NCBI GenBank assembly: GCA_963662465.1
Contig: OY759599.1
Location: 160,001-224,000, forward strand
Direction: 5' to 3'
Source of the DNA: Desulfatiglandales bacterium
Lineage (GTDB): Bacteria > Desulfobacterota > DSM-4660 > Desulfatiglandales > Desulfatiglandaceae
Length of the DNA: 64,000 nucleotides
Both the position numbers and the translations under genes were made by a program. Under the pieces are notes generated by a model. That model was given only the letters and a program-made list of their open reading frames with translations. It made no database searches and had not been told where the DNA came from. This document shows, piece by piece, positions 57,418 to 64,000 of the stretch; the first letter of the stretch is position 1, and each line of letters begins with the position of its first letter.

Positions 57418-59727
57418 TTACCAGCTTCCCGCAGCTCCCAATCCCACCAGGCGAACCGCTACGATAACGGTGGTGTCGCCACTCTCTTTTCCCGCGCCCA
57501 GTCTAACGCCCCAGCATTGTCCCTGGTAGCCCAGCCATCCGGCGCTGGAAATATTTTTTTCCACATCCAGATCCCTTTGAAGGGATCCGCCCAGCGAAAA
57601 CCCATAGCCCAGGTTTATGTTGGTGCGAAAATTGATGTTGGTTTGCCCGTCTTCCTCATATGGGTAGTGTTGATAATTAATTTCGTAGTAGTCGCTTCTG
57701 CCGCCGTATCTTGGAACGGAGAGTTCTCCGGAAAGTGTTGTTCGGGAAAATGTTTTCGCATAGTAATCCCACCCTGTGCTCCCTCTGAGGTCCAGTGATG
57801 GAAAAGGCGTTACGATCAACTCCGCCATCAGGGGGGTGAAGGGTTCGTTTTCACCGGCATCGGTTTCTTCATGAAGATCGTAGCCCTGGTATAGCCGAAA
57901 AGTGGTCCATTGACTGTAGGCGACATTCCCTTTTTTGTCCTCCATTCGTGCATCCAGGAAATTCTCAAGGGAAAATGTCACCCGGTTCCTGCTTTGGTTT
58001 TCCCCATCCTCATCAAAGGTGAGGTACCAGGGTGTTCCATAGTCGTCCTGATCGATGGGACTGAACCAGGGTGTTTCTTCACCGTTGTTGCTATAACCCT
58101 GATAGGTGTAATAAAGGGTTGGGGAAACCTTGTGTCGTAATCTTTTGGCATTGCCCCAGGACACGTCGTAGAATTTTTCGGCGTTGGTTCCCAGCCGGGC
58201 GCCGGCTTCATAAAGTGATTGATGTTGCCGGTTGCCTTCGCCCTGGTTGTTATCCACCCACTGGGATTTGTAGGTATATCGAAAAGAGGGCTCAAATTCC
58301 ACATAGGGGCCGAGCCAGAACGGAAAGTTCACCTGGGGAGAAAGCGCGATTTCATGTCCCCTGTTGGCTTCATCGCTCCAGACATAGTTATAATCCGTTT
58401 CCAGATTAAAAAATGCCGGCCACCCCATGAACTGCTCCGGGAGCAGGTTAAAGTTCAGACCTCCAACGGGTTGCTCCATCAAATCTTTGGTTTCAGGGTC
58501 TTCAACTTGCTGATAATAGGCGGCAATGCCTTGAAGTGCATAGGATTCTCCATCACGGCTGAACCTTAAGGCGGATCTTCGGGTGGGGGAGCGTTTTTCC
58601 TGAAAGGGTCGATTGGATTCATCCTGAAGGCTCGATCGCATGCCAAAACCGTAGAGCTTTTCTTCGAACTCCCTGAGATAGTCCTGATCACTGACAAAAT
58701 CGCCATCAAGGCGGGCGACAACGTCTAAGGGGAGATCCTGATCCGATCGTCCCCTCAGCCAGTATCGGGTTTGATTGGTGCGCGCATAGGGACTGATATT
58801 CAGCGCATCCTGATCATTCATATTCTTCTGTTTTTCCTTGTCTGAAAGGATGTCGAATTCCAGAACGCCTTTTGAATTTTGGCCTTCAACGTATCGAAAT
58901 TCCAGGCCCTGCATGTAGCCCCGTTTGCTCATGTAACGCTGGTAAAAAGTGGCATCGGTCTGGTCGGAAATGGCCCAGTAAAAAGGAACCAGCGCTTCCG
59001 CCCCATTGAGGGTGGAGTAGCCCAGTTTGGGAGGGAGCAGGCCGGTCTGGCGTTTGGTTTTGGCCGGAAAAATCATATAGGGAATGTAGATGATGGGGAG
59101 ATCCTTAACCCGAAAGGCGGAATGCTTTACGGCGCCGTAGCCTTCAATGGTGACTTTGACTTCCGATCCCGTGATAGTCCAGTCGGGATTTTTACCATCG
59201 CAGGTTGTGAGGGTGCAGTCGTTGATCACATAGGTGCTTTCCCCTGTTTTTTGCATTTGGCTGCCGCTGATATAGTAATGGTTCGCCTTTATGAACAGGC
59301 TTCCATCAATTATTTCTCCGGTCTGGCTGTTGAGGTTGAAAGTGCCTTTCTTTCCGGTAATGATGTCGCCGTCCGTTTCAATTCTCAGCCCTCCGGAAAC
59401 GTTGGCAACGCCTGTTTTTGTGTTGAAAACAGCATATTCCGTGTAAAGGGCCTGACGTGCTTTTTTGATAACGACATTTTTTTGTGCCAGGTAGGTTCCT
59501 TCTTTCTCATTATAGCTGAGGCTGTCGGCTGATATTTCCCAAGGCGTATCATCATTTTCAAGGGCCTTTTTTTTGGATGACAGGTCGATTGCCGGACTGT
59601 CCTGAACAAAAAAGGGCGCCATGAAAAAGAGGTTCAGGCATAACGCCAACCCAACTGTAAGGGCCAATGGCGAAATCCCCGCGGGAACAACGTTGCCTTT
59701 TTTTATGATTTTTGAATAAATTTTCAT
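57418..59727 (-). CDS. lptD: LPS assembly protein
   Basis: ISADSL, LTTCD..PDW, RQTGLLP, PFYWAI, SDQDYLR, QCWG; start uncertain. Confidence 0.92.
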   Translation of the reverse strand: MKIYSKIIKKGNVVPAGISPLALTVGLALCLNLFFMAPFFVQDSPAIDLSSKKKALENDDTPWEISADSLSYNEKEGTYLAQKNVVIKKARQALYTEYAVFNTKTGVANVSGGLRIETDGDIITGKKGTFNLNSQTGEIIDGSLFIKANHYYISGSQMQKTGESTYVINDCTLTTCDGKNPDWTITGSEVKVTIEGYGAVKHSAFRVKDLPIIYIPYMIFPAKTKRQTGLLPPKLGYSTLNGAEALVPFYWAISDQTDATFYQRYMSKRGYMQGLEFRYVEGQNSKGVLEFDILSDKEKQKNMNDQDALNISPYARTNQTRYWLRGRSDQDLPLDVVARLDGDFVSDQDYLREFEEKLYGFGMRSSLQDESNRPFQEKRSPTRRSALRFSRDGESYALQGIAAYYQQVEDPETKDLMEQPVGGLNFNLLPEQFMGWPAFFNLETDYNYVWSDEANRGHEIALSPQVNFPFWLGPYVEFEPSFRYTYKSQWVDNNQGEGNRQHQSLYEAGARLGTNAEKFYDVSWGNAKRLRHKVSPTLYYTYQGYSNNGEETPWFSPIDQDDYGTPWYLTFDEDGENQSRNRVTFSLENFLDARMEDKKGNVAYSQWTTFRLYQGYDLHEETDAGENEPFTPLMAELIVTPFPSLDLRGSTGWDYYAKTFSRTTLSGELSVPRYGGRSDYYEINYQHYPYEEDGQTNINFRTNINLGYGFSLGGSLQRDLDVEKNISSAGWLGYQGQCWGVRLGAGKESGDTTVIVAVRLVGLGAAGSW

Positions 59728-59756
59728 TTCCGGGTTTTGGGTAGATGATCCATCAT

Positions 59757-61082
59757 TTATTGGTAATCGGGTTTGTAGCGGACCGGATCCAAACAGGTCA
59801 AGGCTTCGCCAACGGTGAAAAGAGAGCCGCAAACGACGATTAAATCCCTGGGCGATGCGATTTCCCGGGCTCTTACAAGGGCCTCCGCAAGGGTTGGGAT
59901 TACCTCTCCGGGCGTGTCCAATGGAAGCGCTTTTTCCATCAGAACGTGGGGGTCCGCCGCCCTTGAATAAACCGGTCGGGTATAGAGGACCCGATCGCTC
60001 ATGGGCACTATGGCGCGAAGCAGACCAAAGATATCCTTGTCCGCCATGATGCCGATGACCAGAATCATTCGTTCATATGAAAAGCAAGCCTTAATGGACC
60101 GGGCCAAAACCTTTACCGCGGCGGGATTGTGAGCGCCGTCAAGGAGGATTGTGGGATTTTCCTCGATCACCTGCATTCGACCCGCCCATGTCGCTTTTTT
60201 CAGGCCTTCCCGGATCTGATCGGTTGAAAGGGGAAAACCCTTTGTTTCGATTCGTTCCATCATCCCCAGGGCCAGGGCCGCGTTACGCGGCTGATGGATT
60301 CCCCGGAGGCCCAGTTCCAGGCCTTTGATGGTGCGGTTTTCTCCGAAGTAATGAAGGCCGGCCGCAGTGCTGCGGTATGTCATGTTTTTGCCCACCTGCC
60401 ACAGGGCTGCCCCTCTTTCCTCGGCGATGGCCTTCAACTGTTGAATGATTTGGGGCTGGGTAACGGACGTCACCACATCAACCCCTTTTTTAATGACCCC
60501 CGCCTTTTCTTCGGCAATCTGGGAAAGCCGGTTTCCCAGGTATTCTTGATGTTCCATGGAAATGTTGGTAATGCCGGTAACCAAGGGGGTAATCACATTG
60601 GTGGCATCGAGTCTTCCGCCCATTCCCACTTCCATGATGGCCACATCCGTTTCCTCCCTTGCAAAATATAGGATTGCCATGGCCGTTACGGCTTCAAAAA
60701 AGGTGGGCGGTTCGTCGGGGTTGAAGGCGGCCCGCAATTCGTCAATTAATCGGGCGGTTTTTTCTCGGCTGATCTCTTCGCCATTGATCTTGAAACGTTC
60801 CGTGAATCGCACCAGGTGGGGCGAAACATACATGCCGACTTTAAAGCCCGCCTCCCGGAGCATGGACCCCAGGAAGGTTGCCACAGATCCTTTTCCGTTG
60901 GTGCCGGCGATGTGGATGTAGTTTTGGCCAAGGTGGGGATTTCCGAATGCCTTCAGCAGATTCTCAGTCTTTGAAAGCCCGAACTTTATGCCGAATTTCT
61001 GAAGACTGAAAAGATATTGAATTGCCGCTTCATAGGTTCCCAAGGTTGCATTTTCGGATTTATCAGAATTTTTCATATTCAT
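59757..61082 (-). CDS. folC: Folylpolyglutamate/dihydrofolate synthase
   Basis: HIAGTNGKGS, SPHL, EVGMGGRLDATN, LDGAHN, GSLF. Confidence 0.97.
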   Translation of the reverse strand: MNMKNSDKSENATLGTYEAAIQYLFSLQKFGIKFGLSKTENLLKAFGNPHLGQNYIHIAGTNGKGSVATFLGSMLREAGFKVGMYVSPHLVRFTERFKINGEEISREKTARLIDELRAAFNPDEPPTFFEAVTAMAILYFAREETDVAIMEVGMGGRLDATNVITPLVTGITNISMEHQEYLGNRLSQIAEEKAGVIKKGVDVVTSVTQPQIIQQLKAIAEERGAALWQVGKNMTYRSTAAGLHYFGENRTIKGLELGLRGIHQPRNAALALGMMERIETKGFPLSTDQIREGLKKATWAGRMQVIEENPTILLDGAHNPAAVKVLARSIKACFSYERMILVIGIMADKDIFGLLRAIVPMSDRVLYTRPVYSRAADPHVLMEKALPLDTPGEVIPTLAEALVRAREIASPRDLIVVCGSLFTVGEALTCLDPVRYKPDYQ

Positions 61083-61203
61083 CCATAATAAAGGTTATAT
61101 TATATCACCTTTCACTTTTCACATCGGCATACTTGCTAAATTTCAGGTGTTTTGTCAATCCAAAACACCTTCATTTCAGGTACGGCGATTTGAACAGGGA
61201 CAC

Positions 61204-63354
61204 TCAAATCTTTTCCAGGGTGGTGTAGGCCATGTGCAACAGCTTCCTTCCGGCGGTTTTGAAAAATATCTCCACCTTATCGCCCGCAACGAATTTGGAA
61301 ACGACCCCGGGGCCAAAGGCCGGGTGTCTCACCCGGTCGCCCTGGGAAAAGGGATGAGATGAGTTTTTGATGATCGGTGTGTTTTTGGGTTCGAGCCGCG
61401 CAGATGCTTCGAAGGCGCCAAACCGCGAGGCCCTTGCCGATTCGTGAGAGTAGACGTCAGGGGGGAGGGAGGTGATAAAAGAGGAGAGCCCTTCCCCACA
61501 GGTATTGTAGTTGGACCAGGCAGGCCGTTCCGAACCGGGGTACGAGATCATCAACCGGTCTTTGGCCCGGGTGGTTGCCACATACATCAGGCGGCGCTCT
61601 TCTTCCAGGTCGAGAGGATTGTTGTAGCTCCTGGCGGACGGAAATTTTCCTTCCATGACCCAGATGACAAAGACCTCCGGCCATTCAAGCCCTTTTGAGG
61701 AGTGAACCGTGGACAGGGTCAGTTTCTGTTTTTCCCTTCCCTGGATGATATCCTCTGAACTGCCGGGGGGGTCCAGAACCAGATCATCCAGGAAAGACCT
61801 GAGCTTTCCATAACGTTCAGCCATGGGGGCCAGCTGCGCCAGTTCTTTTTCACGTCTCGGGTAGTCGTCGTATCGCTCCCTGAGAACCGGGATATAATAG
61901 GCCATCACCTGGCTGACCGCTTCTTCGGGCGTCAGGTGCTGGGGCGAAAGCCGTTCAAGCAGCGCCCCCAGCGGTTTAAGACCGGTATCCCTTTTCCCCA
62001 GTTTGGGCCATTTGACCAGATCGTGGGGGGGTATCCGGTTGTCTTTCATCCATTTGATGATGGTTTGGCTCTTTCCCTGCCCGATGTTCTTAACCAGCCT
62101 GAGTATTCGAAGCCAGCTGACGGTTTCGTCAGGGTTTACCATGACCCGCATGTGGGCCAGAAAATCCTTGATATGGGCGGATTCCAGGAATTTGAAGCCG
62201 CCGTGTTTTGTGTAGGGGATGTTGTGCCGGGTCAATTCCGCTTCCAGCTCGAAAGAGTGATAAGCCGCCCGGAAAAGAACCGCGAAGTCCTGAAGGTTGC
62301 CGCCTTCCGCCATGGCCCGCCGCAGATATCCGGAAATATACGCCGCCTGTTCCTGTTCCGTATGGGTGTCGATCACTTTGGGTTTATCTCCGCCCTCCCG
62401 TTCGGTAAACAGGCATTTGGCGTATTTTTCGTTCGCATGGTCCATCAAGGCGTTGGTGAGCGCCAGGATCGGTTGAGTGGACCGGTAATTCTGTTCCAGT
62501 TTGATCACTTTGGTTTTGGGAAACGTTTTCGGAAAGTCCAGCATGTTTCTGAAATTGGCGCCGCGAAAGGAGTATATGGATTGGGAATCATCACCTACCG
62601 CCATGACATTTTGATGCTCATGGGCCAGCCATTTGATGATGTCCGCCTGAATGCAGTTGGTGTCCTGGTATTCGTCGACCATCACATATGCGTATTTTTC
62701 ACTCAGTTCCTTTCGAATCGCGCTGTTTTCCATGAGAAGATTTCGAAAACAGATAATGAGATCATCGTAGTCCATAAGTTGATGGGTTTTTTTGTAAACG
62801 GCATACAACGCGCTCAGATTTTGTATGTGGGGCGCCACTTCCATGAATTGCCCATATTCATTGAGCATGAGTTCTTCAACCGGCTGCTGTAGATTAGCGG
62901 CTTTGCTGATGATATTGGCCAGGGTGCCCCGTTTGGGAAATCTCGGCGGCTTTCCATCCATTTTGAGGTCGGGAATCAGGGTCCGGAGAACTTCCTCCAT
63001 GTCCGAGCGGTCCAGGATGGTGAAGCTGTTGGCGTAGCCTAAGGCCTTGGCATGGGTTCTGAGGACCTTGAAGGCAAGGCCGTGAAATGTGCCGCCGGAA
63101 ACAAACCGGCATCTCGTGTCGGACAATTCCGATGCCCGATCCAGCATTTCCTGAGCGCTTTTCCGGGTAAAGGTCAGCAGGAGAATGGACTCGGGCGGAA
63201 TCCCGGATTCCACCAGGCGGGCCACGCGATAAATCAAGGTTCTGGTTTTTCCGCTTCCGGCGCCCGCGATGACGAGGACGGGTCCCTTAAGGGTCGTGAC
63301 GGCTTCCAGTTGGGCAGGGTTTAAAAGGTTTTCGTAATCAATTTCGTGGGTCAA
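61204..63354 (-). CDS. UvrD/Rep/PcrA-family DNA helicase
   Basis: AGAGSGKT, VDEYQD, GDDSQSIY, NYRS, HSSKGLE, EERRLMYVATTRA. Confidence 0.96.
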   Translation of the reverse strand: MTHEIDYENLLNPAQLEAVTTLKGPVLVIAGAGSGKTRTLIYRVARLVESGIPPESILLLTFTRKSAQEMLDRASELSDTRCRFVSGGTFHGLAFKVLRTHAKALGYANSFTILDRSDMEEVLRTLIPDLKMDGKPPRFPKRGTLANIISKAANLQQPVEELMLNEYGQFMEVAPHIQNLSALYAVYKKTHQLMDYDDLIICFRNLLMENSAIRKELSEKYAYVMVDEYQDTNCIQADIIKWLAHEHQNVMAVGDDSQSIYSFRGANFRNMLDFPKTFPKTKVIKLEQNYRSTQPILALTNALMDHANEKYAKCLFTEREGGDKPKVIDTHTEQEQAAYISGYLRRAMAEGGNLQDFAVLFRAAYHSFELEAELTRHNIPYTKHGGFKFLESAHIKDFLAHMRVMVNPDETVSWLRILRLVKNIGQGKSQTIIKWMKDNRIPPHDLVKWPKLGKRDTGLKPLGALLERLSPQHLTPEEAVSQVMAYYIPVLRERYDDYPRREKELAQLAPMAERYGKLRSFLDDLVLDPPGSSEDIIQGREKQKLTLSTVHSSKGLEWPEVFVIWVMEGKFPSARSYNNPLDLEEERRLMYVATTRAKDRLMISYPGSERPAWSNYNTCGEGLSSFITSLPPDVYSHESARASRFGAFEASARLEPKNTPIIKNSSHPFSQGDRVRHPAFGPGVVSKFVAGDKVEIFFKTAGRKLLHMAYTTLEKI

Positions 63355-63372
63355 GGTGATTTTCCTTATCTT

Positions 63373-63999
63373 TTAATAGAGAAGCATGAGCAGGGGGCCC
63401 AGGGAGAGGATCAATAAACCGAAAAAAATGAAAACCGGCAATAAAAAGGCCATAATGGCCCTCAAATAGGAGATGTGATGGACTTCGTGAAGGCCTGCAA
63501 TCTGAATGGTCAGTCTCCAAAAGGTTCCGATCCAACTGCCGATAAAGGGTATGATATTCCATGCCAGGGCTGCCTGGGAATAGGCCACCACCTTGAATGT
63601 GGCGTTGAATCCTTCTTTCCCTCCCCGCACAATCAGCAGCATCAAATGTAGAATGCCGCTGTAAAAGAACATCTTCAAGACGACGGCAATCGGGATTGCC
63701 GCCATGAGAATCACTATCCAGATGCCGTCTATTTGACCCAAAAAAGTTTCACCAAACGGCATAAGCCCCCCGGAAAATAACAGCACGGACCAGAAAAAGG
63801 CCAGCATGTCCCCGAGGCCTCCGAGTAAAAGGCCGAAGGTCAGCGATGCTTTGAGCCCGTTTTCAGGGGTTTGGGTTCCGAAAAACCGGCCGGGTTGAAA
63901 AAGTACCTTTTTAGTGGTCGGCAAAATGCTGTTCAAAAATCCCGGGTCGCCCTGGTTTTCCAGTGGGGCGTCATGGGTGTCGGAATCCCTTTGAAATTG
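63373..63999 (-). CDS. Yip1-family membrane protein (5' end outside the window)
   Basis: VLFQPGRFF, ATFKVVAYS, IIPFIG, multiple TMs; frame open to the window edge. Confidence 0.85.
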   Translation of the reverse strand, partial: QFQRDSDTHDAPLENQGDPGFLNSILPTTKKVLFQPGRFFGTQTPENGLKASLTFGLLLGGLGDMLAFFWSVLLFSGGLMPFGETFLGQIDGIWIVILMAAIPIAVVLKMFFYSGILHLMLLIVRGGKEGFNATFKVVAYSQAALAWNIIPFIGSWIGTFWRLTIQIAGLHEVHHISYLRAIMAFLLPVFIFFGLLILSLGPLLMLLY

Positions 64000-64000
64000 C

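Noticed and set aside
1..64000. tRNA or rRNA genes
   Set aside because: None recognised by eye in the intergenic regions; a tRNAscan-SE run would confirm.

Overview
Anaerobic deltaproteobacterial (Desulfobacterota-like) chromosomal window in two parts. (1) About 1-20 kb is the end of a decaying integrative/phage-satellite-like defence island. It holds the 3' end of a primase/replication-type gene with in-gene inverted iterons, a terminase-small-subunit-like gene, and a ~1.7 kb non-coding region with two copies of a covarying structured motif around a helically phased GGGCAACCT array. It also holds an ISNCY-like IS (9-bp TSD), an XRE regulator opposite a PD-(D/E)XK-like gene, a three-gene MqsR/MqsA-like/small-protein operon, a broken DUF1156 + PLD-SNF2 restriction-like system, and nested IS elements (a cargo-carrying IS21-family element with a ParB-like gene inside an IS1634 remnant). 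(2) About 20-64 kb is mostly core genome: DUF2889/PHP/DUF169-CoaE operon, lysS, lolCDE, bamA, skp, lpxD-fabZ-lpxA-lpxI-oxidoreductase-lpxB, an NtrX-like regulator with a small HEPN islet in its 3' end, a beta-helix protein, an hdrA-mvhDGA-tusA-histidine kinase-cls operon whose hydrogenase lacks the C-terminal processing peptide, a CHASE4 kinase, a double-cubane reductase with its ATPase, an HdrCD-like Fe-S protein, lptD, folC, a UvrD-family helicase and a Yip1 protein. All family assignments are by eye from motifs; no database searches were run.
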